Source: an uncultured Flavobacteriales bacterium
GTDB lineage: Bacteria > Bacteroidota > Bacteroidia > Flavobacteriales_D > Crocinitomicaceae
Direction: 5' to 3'
NCBI GenBank assembly: GCA_963977135.1
Contig: CAXBNN010000009.1
Coordinates: 6,771 to 70,770 of the forward strand
Length of the DNA: 64,000 nucleotides
Positions 16,369 to 28,875 of the stretch are shown piece by piece. Positions within the stretch are counted from its first letter, which is position 1; each line of letters begins with the position of its first letter. The notes under the pieces were generated by a model. The model saw only the letters and a program-made list of their open reading frames with translations, was not told the origin of the DNA and made no database searches. The translations under genes and the position numbers were made by a program.

Positions 16369-17583
16369 CTATAAAATAACGATTTCTACCCTTCGATTGG
16401 CCTGTTCTTCTTCTTTTCTAACTGGATTTGGGTAAATGGGTCTTGATGCTCCGTAACCTACAGCTTTCATCCTTTTTTTATTAATACCACCGTTGACCAA
16501 GTAGATCATAACACGTTTTGCTCGATCTTCAGACATTTTTTGTCCGCCGGCTGTCGTAGCGTTTGGTTCAAAAACATGTCCCTGAATTTCAATGTTTATT
16601 TTTGCGTTTAATCCCATAAATTCTCTCAATCGCAAAAGCACTGGTTCGGCACTAGGCAAGAATTCTGTAGTACCGGGTTTGAATTGAATATCTTCCAATT
16701 GAACAGATTTTCCTTTCTTCAATTGTTGTAATTTGATTTCAATTATCTTTTCTGAATTGGGAGAAACTTCGTCTTTTCTATCCACAAAGAAATAACCTTC
16801 AACACTACAAGCGATTGACAATAAACCACTTCTATTTGGTTGGAATATAAGGTCACTTGCTTTTTCAGTAATCTCGTCGTCTTTGGTTCCGTATAAATGT
16901 ATTGTTGCTACTACGGGGTCGCCCGTTTCTATATCTCTTAATTCGATAGTCGTTGTTGGGCCCGGATTTTCTTCGGTTAAATCTACTAATTTCTTTTTAT
17001 TGTCGCTTGGTTTGAAAATTTGTTCCACGTTGTTTGGAACTAATTCCACGTCCATGGTTATTTTCGTTTTTCGAGTTTTTCGGGTGAAAATAACAAAGTG
17101 AATTTTATCACCTTTCCTCATGTTTAAAGGGCGCAATCCATTTTTAATATCACGATTTATCAACCACACAATTGGTGATTCTTCGCGAACCAGCATACGT
17201 TTTATTTCTGCTCGACCACTTTCAATGTCTCCACAAATATCTTTTCCATCCGTTTGAAACACGACTAGATTCAAATCTCCCGATTCTGTTTCAGCTTTCA
17301 AGGTGAATTTTCCATCGAACTCAGCAATGAAAGAAAACCATACTGAGTTTCCTACTTCAAGATCTTTGAGAGCCGCGTATTCTGTGAATTCATCTTTTTT
17401 TCCAGCTGTTCCAGGCAGTTCCGTCCGACTTGTACCAGATTGAAGAATGGGTAAAGCTCCATCGCAATCTGCAATATTATCAGACGTAATCAGTTTACCC
17501 TTTCCTGAGGCGCAAGAGAAGGAAATAAGAACAATTAACAAGAAATGGGGTAAGTTCCGCATTAAGCTTAATAAAAGTAACAT
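16369..17583 (-). CDS. OmpA-family protein (lipoprotein-like N-terminus, C-terminal OmpA/peptidoglycan-binding domain)
   Basis: 404 aa. Lipobox-like LISFSCAS. C-terminus GHVFEP...DRAKRVMIYLVNGGINKKRMKAVGYGASRPIYPN...NRRVEIVIL. Confidence 0.8.
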   Translation of the reverse strand: MLLLLSLMRNLPHFLLIVLISFSCASGKGKLITSDNIADCDGALPILQSGTSRTELPGTAGKKDEFTEYAALKDLEVGNSVWFSFIAEFDGKFTLKAETESGDLNLVVFQTDGKDICGDIESGRAEIKRMLVREESPIVWLINRDIKNGLRPLNMRKGDKIHFVIFTRKTRKTKITMDVELVPNNVEQIFKPSDNKKKLVDLTEENPGPTTTIELRDIETGDPVVATIHLYGTKDDEITEKASDLIFQPNRSGLLSIACSVEGYFFVDRKDEVSPNSEKIIEIKLQQLKKGKSVQLEDIQFKPGTTEFLPSAEPVLLRLREFMGLNAKINIEIQGHVFEPNATTAGGQKMSEDRAKRVMIYLVNGGINKKRMKAVGYGASRPIYPNPVRKEEEQANRRVEIVIL

Positions 17584-17631
17584 TTAACACTCGAAATAAT
17601 AAATATACCTTTGCAATTCATTATAAAACAA

Positions 17632-18000
17632 ATGTTCACAAATCTATATACAGAAATTGGGCCAGAAAGGTTACGTTTACTAGTGAATCGCTTTTATTCA
17701 GAAGTTTTTTCAAACGATATTTTAACTCCACTTTTTTCAAAAAGTGAAAGAACTGTGATCGAAACCAAGCAATTTCAATTTTTAAGTCAGTTTTTAGGTG
17801 GCCCAAGTTTGTATTCAGATCAATACGGTCATCCAAAAATGCGAATGCGTCACATGCCGCACAAAATTACAGAAGACGCAAAAAATGAATGGTTAATTTG
17901 TATTGAACGGGCTATTGATTCATTGGAAATGGAAGATGCTTTAAAAGTCAAACTTTACCAAGTATTCCCAAAAATTGCGGCTCATATGGTGAATAGTTGA
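17632..18000 (+). CDS. group-2 truncated haemoglobin (YjbI-like globin)
   Basis: The FLSQFLGGPSLYSDQYGHPKMRMRHMPHKIT pattern is typical of trHb. I prefer ATG 17632 (MFTNLYTEIG) over the TTG at 17611 given in the ORF track. Confidence 0.7.
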   Translation: MFTNLYTEIGPERLRLLVNRFYSEVFSNDILTPLFSKSERTVIETKQFQFLSQFLGGPSLYSDQYGHPKMRMRHMPHKITEDAKNEWLICIERAIDSLEMEDALKVKLYQVFPKIAAHMVNS

Positions 18001-19401
18001 TTACAATTTGAGAGATAGATTACCTTCCAAGTCAATTACAACACGCAGTTCGCGAGCACCTATATGCATATTTGAGAAATTTATTTTAGACATTTTTCCG
18101 CTAAGGTGAACAAATTGTCCTTTTTGAAATTCTATGGATGAATTTAACTGACTGTCGATCTCTATACGTGCTTTTTCAAGTTGATCTGTTAAGTCATATG
18201 TGGCTTTTGCTCTAAACGCTTCGGTTAGTTTTTTATCAAACAACCATTTTGCGGCCTTCAAAACGGCATCTCGCGAACGTATATCAAACGTTAAATCGGG
18301 AAAGCTAATTTCATATGTTTTGGGATCAAAAACGGGTGTTCCAAGTAAATACAATGTTCCTTTTTTACTGCCAGTAAATTGCACTTTGAAGAGTAACTGT
18401 TTTCCGACAGGACCTAAGGCAAAAGCGTCAGTAATGATTATTTGTTTTTTCTTAAATGGAATTACCATTCCACGAACTTCTTTCGATAGAATTGCATTTA
18501 TACTATCGTAAGAGGCAAGTGTTAGAAGAGGTACATTAAAATTTTCTTTGGTTGATATTTTAGATAGAAATGGCAAGCTTTGCTTAATGCTAACCAAAGT
18601 GTCAGAAGAAAAAACAGGACTCAACTCCATATTTATGACCAAGTTTGCCGACAAATTATTGAAAGAAATAGGCTCAATTCCTATGGCTCTTGGTTGAAAA
18701 TAGAGATAACCTAAATCCGGAACTAATATAGCTTCTTGCATAGCCTTCCATGCTTCATCTATTGGCGTTTTGATATCAACTTTTTCAATCTGGTCATCTA
18801 TTACAGCCTCCATTTCTTTAAGATAATCACTCATCTCTTCCTCGATTAGTTTCGAAGCGTCATAATTAATGAAAGATAATTCACATGGATCAATGGTCTT
18901 CACACCTTTTAAGCGGGTTTTCGCTTTCAATAAATAGTTTGAGGCAATTGAAATATCACTTTCAAAATCAATTCCAATTTTTCTCAAAGGTTCGCCTATC
19001 CCGCAGCTTACATATATACGCGGAGTTAAACAAAAAGGGTCATAACCGAATACAGAAGAACATTGAGCGCAATAATTGGCTCTTATATTGTATTCACCAT
19101 TGATTTTGTAACTCATGGTTTTTTTTAAACCATTAAACTCAATCGGTTGACGGATAAAATAATATTTGAAAGAAACGCCATCACATTTTTCTTCGTTGCC
19201 CCTAAATGTTTTAGGAATAGATTTGTCTGCCATATCCAAATAAGGTTCAAGATTAATTTCAAGTGGAATACGAACAACACCTCTAGTTTCAGGAACTTTT
19301 ATTGGTGTTTCATCTGTGATATATGGTTGTTGGGGAACAATACTTCCGCATGAAGTAAGCAGGAGAAATAGCAAAAAATAAAAAGCACAACGTTTTTCCA
19401 T
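18001..19401 (-). CDS. lipoprotein, DUF4403-like, function unknown
   Basis: 466 aa. Lipobox LLLTSCGS. The size and architecture remind me of the Bacteroidota DUF4403 family, but the family assignment is uncertain. Confidence 0.4.
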   Translation of the reverse strand: MEKRCAFYFLLFLLLTSCGSIVPQQPYITDETPIKVPETRGVVRIPLEINLEPYLDMADKSIPKTFRGNEEKCDGVSFKYYFIRQPIEFNGLKKTMSYKINGEYNIRANYCAQCSSVFGYDPFCLTPRIYVSCGIGEPLRKIGIDFESDISIASNYLLKAKTRLKGVKTIDPCELSFINYDASKLIEEEMSDYLKEMEAVIDDQIEKVDIKTPIDEAWKAMQEAILVPDLGYLYFQPRAIGIEPISFNNLSANLVINMELSPVFSSDTLVSIKQSLPFLSKISTKENFNVPLLTLASYDSINAILSKEVRGMVIPFKKKQIIITDAFALGPVGKQLLFKVQFTGSKKGTLYLLGTPVFDPKTYEISFPDLTFDIRSRDAVLKAAKWLFDKKLTEAFRAKATYDLTDQLEKARIEIDSQLNSSIEFQKGQFVHLSGKMSKINFSNMHIGARELRVVIDLEGNLSLKL

Positions 19402-19466
19402 TGTAGTAAAATTAATAGATAACTTTGTTTCCTTAACGAAATCATTTAAAACTTGTTTTTACGAAA

Positions 19467-20063
19467 ATGGAAAATCTTTTCTTGAATTGGGGTTGGAGCC
19501 ACACAATGTCAAAATTGACTCCTTATTTGTTACTCGTAATATTGGGTATTTTATTAATGCGATTTATTTTAAAATCAAGTCGTATTAAAAATAAAATCGC
19601 TAAAATATCGGTAGCCGTATTGTTGTTGCTTGCTCCTTTTGGAGTCTACTTTGCGGTTAATCCAATTTATCAAGGTGATTTTAGTCAAAATGGAAAAGAT
19701 TTAAAAATCAGAAATGCAAAAACTACCTCCATTGATAATGGATTATTGGTATTGACCATTCCTGGTTGCCCCTATTGTTTTGAAAGTGTCCAATCCTTAA
19801 AATATTTGAAATCAAGAAACCCAGAATTGAAGATTCAATTTGCTGTAACAGGTACAGACGATAAATCCTATTTAGAGGGATACAAAAAGGAAGTAAACGG
19901 TTCTTTTGATGTTGTTTTATATGAGAAAGCTAGAACTTTAGTTAGTGAGACTGGAGGTCAATTTCCAACTTTTGTAATGATAAAAAATGGCAAGGCAATT
20001 TACTCCTGGACCAACGATGAATTTGGAGTGAGAGCTAAAGACAAGCTGGAAAATTGGAAATAA
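19467..20063 (+). CDS. membrane-anchored thioredoxin-fold protein (CPYC active site)
   Basis: 198 aa. Two N-terminal TM helices, then LTIPGCPYCFES. Confidence 0.55.
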   Translation: MENLFLNWGWSHTMSKLTPYLLLVILGILLMRFILKSSRIKNKIAKISVAVLLLLAPFGVYFAVNPIYQGDFSQNGKDLKIRNAKTTSIDNGLLVLTIPGCPYCFESVQSLKYLKSRNPELKIQFAVTGTDDKSYLEGYKKEVNGSFDVVLYEKARTLVSETGGQFPTFVMIKNGKAIYSWTNDEFGVRAKDKLENWK

Positions 20064-20591
20064 TTATTTTTTGAATAATTCTGCGAATTGGATAGTGTAG
20101 ATTAATGTACTTTTTACATCGAAAACTTCATCTTCTCCATCCGATTTACTTGCTGTTCCTCCTTCAGACTTACTGCAAACAATTTCAAAATAAAGGGAAT
20201 TATCTTTCTTTTCTAATCTTGTTTGATAGTAGTTATTTTCAACTTCATATTGAGAGAAGAGAGTGTTGTTTAACATAATTTCATCAATCAAGATCCCATT
20301 TTTTTCGTCTAAGAAATAATGCTGACCATCCGAATATTTGGTATTTACTTTTAAGACGTAGTCTTTGAGAATGTCTCTATATTTCTCGCTGAAATATCTA
20401 AATTTCTGGGTCCACGACTCACCTTTTTCTATAATGTCAATGTCTAAGGAAATTTTTAGAGAATCGATTTTTCGATCAGGAAATTCTAGAAACATATAGC
20501 CTTCGTAATGGCCTATCCAATTGTCCATTGAATTTGATTGTCCAAAAATAGAACTGGTGATGAAACAGAACAAAAAAGTTGTGATTTTCAT
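20064..20591 (-). CDS. secreted hypothetical protein
   Basis: 175 aa. Signal peptide MKITTFLFCFITSSIFGQ. Confidence 0.45.
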   Translation of the reverse strand: MKITTFLFCFITSSIFGQSNSMDNWIGHYEGYMFLEFPDRKIDSLKISLDIDIIEKGESWTQKFRYFSEKYRDILKDYVLKVNTKYSDGQHYFLDEKNGILIDEIMLNNTLFSQYEVENNYYQTRLEKKDNSLYFEIVCSKSEGGTASKSDGEDEVFDVKSTLIYTIQFAELFKK

Positions 20592-20598
20592 AGTCCAT

Positions 20599-20628
20599 AA
20601 AAAAGGCTCCGAGAAAATTCTCGAAGCC
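20599..20628 (-). terminator. rho-independent terminator after icd
   Basis: The minus strand reads ggcttcgagaattttctcggagcc followed by tttttt, 25 nt after the icd stop. Confidence 0.7.
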
Positions 20629-20652
20629 TAAATGTATTGAATAAATATTGAA

Positions 20653-22914
<2,262 letters not shown>

Positions 22915-22974
22915 TTAGCTCCGCAAATTTACGCATTCACAAAGGATTTATCAACTGAAATGCGCGAGTAAAAC

Positions 22975-23550
22975 CTAATTGTTCTTAATAAATTTCAACA
23001 TTTTCTCAATTGCTCTCCCTCTATGGCTGATTTTGCTTTTCTCGCTCATTTCCATTTCAGCGAAGCTACAATTTGCTTCGTCTGGTTGAAAAATGGGGTC
23101 GTAGCCAAAACCTTTGTTCCCTTTTCGTTCTTTGAGAATTTTTCCTTTAACGACGCCCTCGAATTGGTAAAACTCACCTTCCCAATAAAGCGAAATAATT
23201 GTTTTGAATTGAGCATTTCGGTTTTCGTTTCCTTCCAACTTTTTTAAAAGCAAATCCATGTTGGCTTCACTGTTTTTGTCTTCGCCTGAGTAGCGAGCTG
23301 AATAAACGCCAGGTTCACCATTCAATGCTTCAACCTCTAAACCTGTATCGTCCGCAAAACAATTTTCTTCAAATTTCTTTGCCACAAACTCTGCTTTGAT
23401 CCGCGCATTTTCTTCCAAAGTCGAACCTGTTTCGGGAATTTCGTCGTGGTAATCGAGTTCGCTTAAAGTTGTTAGTTCAACGCTAAAAGGCAATTGAGAA
23501 GCAATTTCCATTGCTTTGTGTGAGTTGTGTGTAGCAAATATTAATGTCAT
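22975..23550 (-). CDS. rdgB: non-canonical purine NTP pyrophosphatase (RdgB/HAM1 family)
   Basis: 191 aa. FATHNSHKAMEI...ETGSTLEENA...DDTGLEVEALNGEPGVYSARY...GFGYDPIF. Confidence 0.9.
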   Translation of the reverse strand: MTLIFATHNSHKAMEIASQLPFSVELTTLSELDYHDEIPETGSTLEENARIKAEFVAKKFEENCFADDTGLEVEALNGEPGVYSARYSGEDKNSEANMDLLLKKLEGNENRNAQFKTIISLYWEGEFYQFEGVVKGKILKERKGNKGFGYDPIFQPDEANCSFAEMEMSEKSKISHRGRAIEKMLKFIKNN

Positions 23551-24617
23551 TTTTTCTGGAATAGATTTCTATAAATTTTTTCTTGCGACAAAACGGAATA
23601 GGCATCAATAATGCGTTGTCGACCGTTCATGGCAATTTGTTTTCTTTTGCTTTCATCGGTTAAAAGTTCATCCAATAAGTTGAACCAATCTTCTTCCGTT
23701 TTGGCGAAAAAACCATTTTCATTGTCTTTAACGATAGTTAAATTAACACCAACCGGTGAAAGAACCGTTGGAATGGCACATGCCATATATTGCAAACCTT
23801 TGAAACCGCATTTTGCAGCCGACCAACGATCTTCTTTCAAAGGCATAACTCCAATTTGTATTTCAGCTAAATCTTGTATTTCAGTTTCTTTTTTCCATTT
23901 GATGAACTCTAAATTAGGTAATTTCCAATCGGGAGCTTGGTTAGAAATTAATCGAAAAAGGTATTCATGTTTTTTATTAAGTCTTTCCAATACAGGCAAA
24001 AGTTCATCCAAATAATGCATTGTAGTATGCGTACCTGTCCAACCAATTCTTAAAGGTTTTTGCTCTGGTTTTGAAAGAATGTTGTGATGATTTTCGGTAT
24101 CGATAGTTGTTGGAAGAACAATTACATTCTTATTAAATTTTGAAGCATAAGTCGATAAAAATCTATTTCCTGCAGTTACTTGTCCAGCCCAGCGTATGAT
24201 AAAAGGAACTTTCCAGTATGCTTTTAATCTTTGAAAACGTGCATTGGTTTCGCTGAAATTTGGAATCCAAATAGCATCGTCAAAATCGTAGATGTATTTT
24301 TTCCTGAGAACTTTTGCTAATATCCATTCTATAATTGGTGGACCAATTTGTGTTGCTTCGCGGTGAATGAAAATATGGTCGGCTTTGGCTAATTTTGGCA
24401 GTAAAGCTAATCTTCGGGCAAAGCTACCAAGCATTTTTCTTGCTTTGAATCCAAATTGACCAGGAACATACAATTTCTTCCAAGTTTCTTGGTCGATGAA
24501 AGGATGAATTTCTATTTCGAATTCTTTTTCCAAGAATGAAAGGTATTGTTCAAAGCGGAAACGCTGAGAGGGCGCAGATCCGACTGGATAAGGAACAAGA
24601 AAGATTATTTTCTCCAT
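23547..24617 (-). CDS. glycosyltransferase (GT-B fold, GT1/GT4-like)
   Basis: 356 aa. Located in the polysaccharide operon. 13-bp overlap with the upstream gene and 4-bp overlap with the downstream gene. Confidence 0.6.
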   Translation of the reverse strand: MEKIIFLVPYPVGSAPSQRFRFEQYLSFLEKEFEIEIHPFIDQETWKKLYVPGQFGFKARKMLGSFARRLALLPKLAKADHIFIHREATQIGPPIIEWILAKVLRKKYIYDFDDAIWIPNFSETNARFQRLKAYWKVPFIIRWAGQVTAGNRFLSTYASKFNKNVIVLPTTIDTENHHNILSKPEQKPLRIGWTGTHTTMHYLDELLPVLERLNKKHEYLFRLISNQAPDWKLPNLEFIKWKKETEIQDLAEIQIGVMPLKEDRWSAAKCGFKGLQYMACAIPTVLSPVGVNLTIVKDNENGFFAKTEEDWFNLLDELLTDESKRKQIAMNGRQRIIDAYSVLSQEKIYRNLFQKK

Positions 24618-25840
24618 AATCGTTCGTAAATGTCGGAATAGATTTTGATTCCCTTGACGATATCGAAATAATCTTTTGCACCTGAACGGGTTAGTTCCGG
24701 GTTGAAATTTGATTTATCGAGTTCTACATTTCTATAGTTTTCATCCTTAAGTTCATTTATAACCAAGCCAGAATTGTATTTTGTTACTACGGAATCCGTA
24801 TCACCAACTCCAGAATTACACAATACAGGAATGCCCATTCCCATTATTTCTCCTTGTTTGACCGGTGAAGAAGCCTGCTTAGAAAAGCTTGGAATAATAA
24901 AGAATATGGAGAAATCAAAAAGTGAAATGTATAATGGCATTTTGTTTCTTGGACTTGAAGTTATGCGAATTGCTTCAGTATTTATTCCTTTTGATACAGC
25001 CAATTCCTGTATCATTTGTGGATTTTCATTGGTCACAAAAAGGAAGATTGCTTTATCGTTTTTGGAATGAAACACTTTGAAAAAATCTAACATTTCGGGC
25101 AGCATATACCACGTTCCAATTGACCCAACGTAACCTAAAACGAAATTTTCATCTTTAATTTCATGCTGAGTACGTAGCGATTCTTGTTCCGCTATAACTA
25201 TGTGAGATGGATTAAATAGATCCATATCCGCACAACAAGGTATAACATCAATTTTTACTCGATTACTTTTCCAAGAATCCCAGGTTTCAATAACTTCTTT
25301 TCCTTTGTTTGTTAAGGAAACGATAGCATCTGCTTGAGATAGGAATTTACCTTCTTGTTTTTTGAAGAAGGTATAGGTTCGTTTGAAAACAGGATTGCTC
25401 AAATTCCAGATTTTTCCTTCAACTCGTTCATCAGCCCAAAATCCTCGCATGTCGAAAAGAAATTTGGTGCCGAATCGCTTTTTCATTCCCAGACCGACTA
25501 TTGCAGAAAGATAACTACGGCAATGAACAATACTGAATTTTTCTGTTTTATTTAGTTGGTACGCCAACTTCTTCATACGCTGAATGTCGTATAACGTAGA
25601 CAATAAAGGTGGCTTTTTTGTATAAGAAAGAGGGTGCCAGATTATGTTGCTTCGCGTGCAGATAGCTTCAATTACAGCTTTGTTTTCATGGAATCGTTCT
25701 TCTTTTTCGAAACTGATGATATGAAAAAGAACGTTTTTTTTAGCGGCTAAACCTTCCAAATAAGGCAAAACTTGAGACTGACCGAGCGAATCCGTCATCC
25801 CGTCATAGGAGAGATATAGAACATTTTTTACTTCATCCAT
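24605..25840 (-). CDS. GT4-family glycosyltransferase
   Basis: 411 aa. N-terminal LYLSYDGMTDSLGQSQVLPYL motif is typical of a GT4 subgroup. Confidence 0.7.
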   Translation of the reverse strand: MDEVKNVLYLSYDGMTDSLGQSQVLPYLEGLAAKKNVLFHIISFEKEERFHENKAVIEAICTRSNIIWHPLSYTKKPPLLSTLYDIQRMKKLAYQLNKTEKFSIVHCRSYLSAIVGLGMKKRFGTKFLFDMRGFWADERVEGKIWNLSNPVFKRTYTFFKKQEGKFLSQADAIVSLTNKGKEVIETWDSWKSNRVKIDVIPCCADMDLFNPSHIVIAEQESLRTQHEIKDENFVLGYVGSIGTWYMLPEMLDFFKVFHSKNDKAIFLFVTNENPQMIQELAVSKGINTEAIRITSSPRNKMPLYISLFDFSIFFIIPSFSKQASSPVKQGEIMGMGIPVLCNSGVGDTDSVVTKYNSGLVINELKDENYRNVELDKSNFNPELTRSGAKDYFDIVKGIKIYSDIYERLWRK

Positions 25841-27732
25841 CGCTCATACCACATTTGAAACATCAACAAATACCATAATTTGGAATCTAGTTCCTTTCTC
25901 CCGCTAAAAAAACGACTTTTTAAGTTCGAAACTGCTGTCCAATTGAATAGACCTTGCTCTTTTATTTTAGATTCACTTATATATTCTTCGACGTGATTTT
26001 TTAATTCATTTTGCATCCAATTGGCAATAGGAATAGCGAAACCCATTTTGGGTCTATCCATCATTTCTTTTGGAATATACTGATGAACTATTTCTTTTAA
26101 AATGTATTTCTTTTCTCCGTTTCTATATTTGAAATCATCAGGTAATTGAGCAGAAAATTCGATGATTCGATGATCCAAGAGTGGTTCGCGACCTTCTAAA
26201 CTTACCGTCATTGATGCTCGATCGACTTTTTGTAAAATATCGTCAACCAAGTACGTTTGATAGTCAATTGCCATCATATACGAGAGCGGAGACTGGAGTG
26301 CAGATTTCAATTCTTTACTAATGTATGCAGTTGTTGGAAAGTGAATTGATTCCTGCATGAGTTCCATCAGTTGTTTGTCCGTAAATTGCTGACTAACACT
26401 CAACATAATACTTTCTGAACTTGGGTCTCGTAAGATTCCTTTGAGCTTTTCGTATCTGTTGTGGAAATTGTATTTATCTCGCAATACGGGTAATTTTTCG
26501 CTTGAAACCTTATCCATCAAATAGGCGGTTCCTTTTCGGGCAAAGCTTGGGATTTTATTTAGTTTCTTCTGATATCGACTTAAAAAATCATATCGATTGT
26601 AACCAGCAAAGGTTTCATCGCCACCATCTGCACTTAAAGCAACTGTAACGTGTTCTCTAGCCATTTTACTGACCAAAGTGGTTGGAATAGCGCTGCTATC
26701 TGCAAACGGTTCGTCATAATTAAACGGAAGCTCATCTATTAGCTCTATCGCTTCCTTGGTTGTGCAATTGAATTCATAATGTTCTGTTCCCAAATGTTTG
26801 GCTACGTCTTTCGCATAAGGCGCTTCATTTAAGCCAATATCGGGAACGCCAATGGTGAATGTTTTAATTTTTTCGGATCGTTCTTTTTGTAATAATGCCG
26901 CAACACAAGCACTATCATAACCTCCACTGAGAAAAACGCCAACTGGAACATCAGAAACCATTCTGTAATCTACTGCAGATTGAATTATTTTTTCTGTCTC
27001 AACCTTTGCCTCGACGAAAGATAATTTACTTTTTGGTGCGTTGTAATAATCGTAAACGTTCCAGTATTGTTTTGTTTCACAAGTTTTTTTGTCAAGATTA
27101 AACGTAAGTGTGTGTCCAGCTTTTAACTTGTGGCAATTTTCAAAAATGCAGAGATCTGAAGGAACATTTCCAAATTGCATGAAAGCTCCAACAGCTGAAA
27201 GGTTCAATTCTTTCTTGAAATTTGGATGCTCGTGAAATGTTTTCAATTCTGAGCCGAAAAGAAATAAATCGTCCGTTTGGTAATAGAAAAATGGTTTTAC
27301 TCCTGCGCGATCTCTAGCGCAAAAAAGTTGATTTTTTTTCTTGTCATAGATGACAAAGGCAAACATGCCGATGAATCTTTCTAAGCATTTCTTACCCCAA
27401 ACGGCATAGCTTTTTAGAATTACTTCTGTATCTCCGTTGGTATGAAAAGATTCTCCAAGTTGCTCAAGTTCAGCACGAATTTCTTTGAAATTATAAATCT
27501 CACCGTTGAAAGTAATCCAGTTTCCATTGACTTCCATGGGTTGTTTGGAGTGTTCAGAAAGATCAATAATAGACAAACGTCTATGACCAAAACCAAGTTG
27601 GAAATTTTTCATTTCCAGTATTTCCAGACCAAATCCATCTGGACCTCGATGAAACATTGTATCGGTCATTTTCTCCAAAATTTCTTTTGATGAATTTTTC
27701 TTGAAGTCAATAAAACCAGTTGTTCCGCACAT
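25828..27732 (-). CDS. asnB: asparagine synthase (glutamine-hydrolysing) family amidotransferase, polysaccharide-cluster type
   Basis: 634 aa. Ntn nucleophile MCG at the N-terminus. PP-loop VGVFLSGGYDSACVAA. Confidence 0.85.
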   Translation of the reverse strand: MCGTTGFIDFKKNSSKEILEKMTDTMFHRGPDGFGLEILEMKNFQLGFGHRRLSIIDLSEHSKQPMEVNGNWITFNGEIYNFKEIRAELEQLGESFHTNGDTEVILKSYAVWGKKCLERFIGMFAFVIYDKKKNQLFCARDRAGVKPFFYYQTDDLFLFGSELKTFHEHPNFKKELNLSAVGAFMQFGNVPSDLCIFENCHKLKAGHTLTFNLDKKTCETKQYWNVYDYYNAPKSKLSFVEAKVETEKIIQSAVDYRMVSDVPVGVFLSGGYDSACVAALLQKERSEKIKTFTIGVPDIGLNEAPYAKDVAKHLGTEHYEFNCTTKEAIELIDELPFNYDEPFADSSAIPTTLVSKMAREHVTVALSADGGDETFAGYNRYDFLSRYQKKLNKIPSFARKGTAYLMDKVSSEKLPVLRDKYNFHNRYEKLKGILRDPSSESIMLSVSQQFTDKQLMELMQESIHFPTTAYISKELKSALQSPLSYMMAIDYQTYLVDDILQKVDRASMTVSLEGREPLLDHRIIEFSAQLPDDFKYRNGEKKYILKEIVHQYIPKEMMDRPKMGFAIPIANWMQNELKNHVEEYISESKIKEQGLFNWTAVSNLKSRFFSGRKELDSKLWYLLMFQMWYERWMK

Positions 27733-27747
27733 TGCTTTCTAAGCTAT

Positions 27748-28875
27748 TTAGCCAAAGTATTTACGATACAAATCGTATAGTTTTGTCAATCGTTTTTCGT
27801 CATTAGGATAATCGCGATACGTTTTTACCGGAAGTTTCATGATTTCCTCAAATTGTTCGACCGAAATCTCAAACTTCTTAGCAATATAAGCTTTTTCAGC
27901 ATCTATTGTTTCGGGATTGTAGGACAATTTTTTTAATTCTTCAATTGCTTCCTCACGCTTTGCTGTCCCTGCACAAATTTGTGTAGCATAAGTGGCTCTT
28001 CGGTAATCAATTCCGAACTTAACAGGTTGTATATACGATTGAACGAATCCGGTAAATTTACTTTCGTAATGCTTTCCGCCGTAATATTTCCAACCCAACT
28101 CTTCTTTAAGAAATGCCATGGCTTTATCTTTATCATAGGGCAGATAATTGAGCAAATACATCATTTTGATGCCTTTTACGAATTTGAAATAAATTTCTTT
28201 TTTAAAATCAAACGTAGGAAAGGTTTTCAGTTTTTTTGAACCAAATTGCTTTTGAATACTGTTCAATAATTTTGAATCTTTTGGGTCGTAAAACCAACTA
28301 TTTGGTAAGATTCCTTCAGTTGCAAAGTTACCTCCAGAAATAATGTATTTAATATTATTTTCTGCTGCTATTCGGTGTAATGCTCCTGGAATTGCTATAT
28401 CGGTTGGGATTTCCATTTCAACAATTGAAGCTTTCAAAAAAGAAAGCTGTAAATCCTTGAACTCCTCCCAATTGAGTACGTAACTTTGGTAGTCAATGTC
28501 CAATTTTCCACATACATTTTTAATATTTTGAACAGCTTCTTCTGAGTTCCAACCGTTGTCGAGATGCACAGCCAAAGATCTTAATCCTAGTTTTTTACAC
28601 TGGTAAGCAACATAAGAACTGTCAACTCCTCCGCTAACGCCGATAAGGCAATCGTATTCGTTGTTTTTACCTTTTTCCTGAATATTTTTCACCCATTCAG
28701 CGAGTTGTTTGTCGCTTTCAGTGCCAACATAAGAACGCTTGGCTGTTTTGGTTAAAAACTCTGTACAATGATTGCAATTTCCCTCATTGTCGAACTCAAT
28801 AAAAGGATCGCTCGTATCCATTACGCAGCGCTGACAAATTTGGTATTCTCTATCCGACATTCGGTGATTTTTCAA
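27748..28875 (-). CDS. N-acetyl sugar amidotransferase (WbpG/LPS PP-loop family)
   Basis: 375 aa. N-terminal Cys-rich CQRCVMD...CNHC and PP-loop CLIGVSGGVDSSYVA. Sits directly upstream of the HisF/HisH paralogues, as in known acetamidino-sugar loci. Confidence 0.8.
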   Translation of the reverse strand: MKNHRMSDREYQICQRCVMDTSDPFIEFDNEGNCNHCTEFLTKTAKRSYVGTESDKQLAEWVKNIQEKGKNNEYDCLIGVSGGVDSSYVAYQCKKLGLRSLAVHLDNGWNSEEAVQNIKNVCGKLDIDYQSYVLNWEEFKDLQLSFLKASIVEMEIPTDIAIPGALHRIAAENNIKYIISGGNFATEGILPNSWFYDPKDSKLLNSIQKQFGSKKLKTFPTFDFKKEIYFKFVKGIKMMYLLNYLPYDKDKAMAFLKEELGWKYYGGKHYESKFTGFVQSYIQPVKFGIDYRRATYATQICAGTAKREEAIEELKKLSYNPETIDAEKAYIAKKFEISVEQFEEIMKLPVKTYRDYPNDEKRLTKLYDLYRKYFG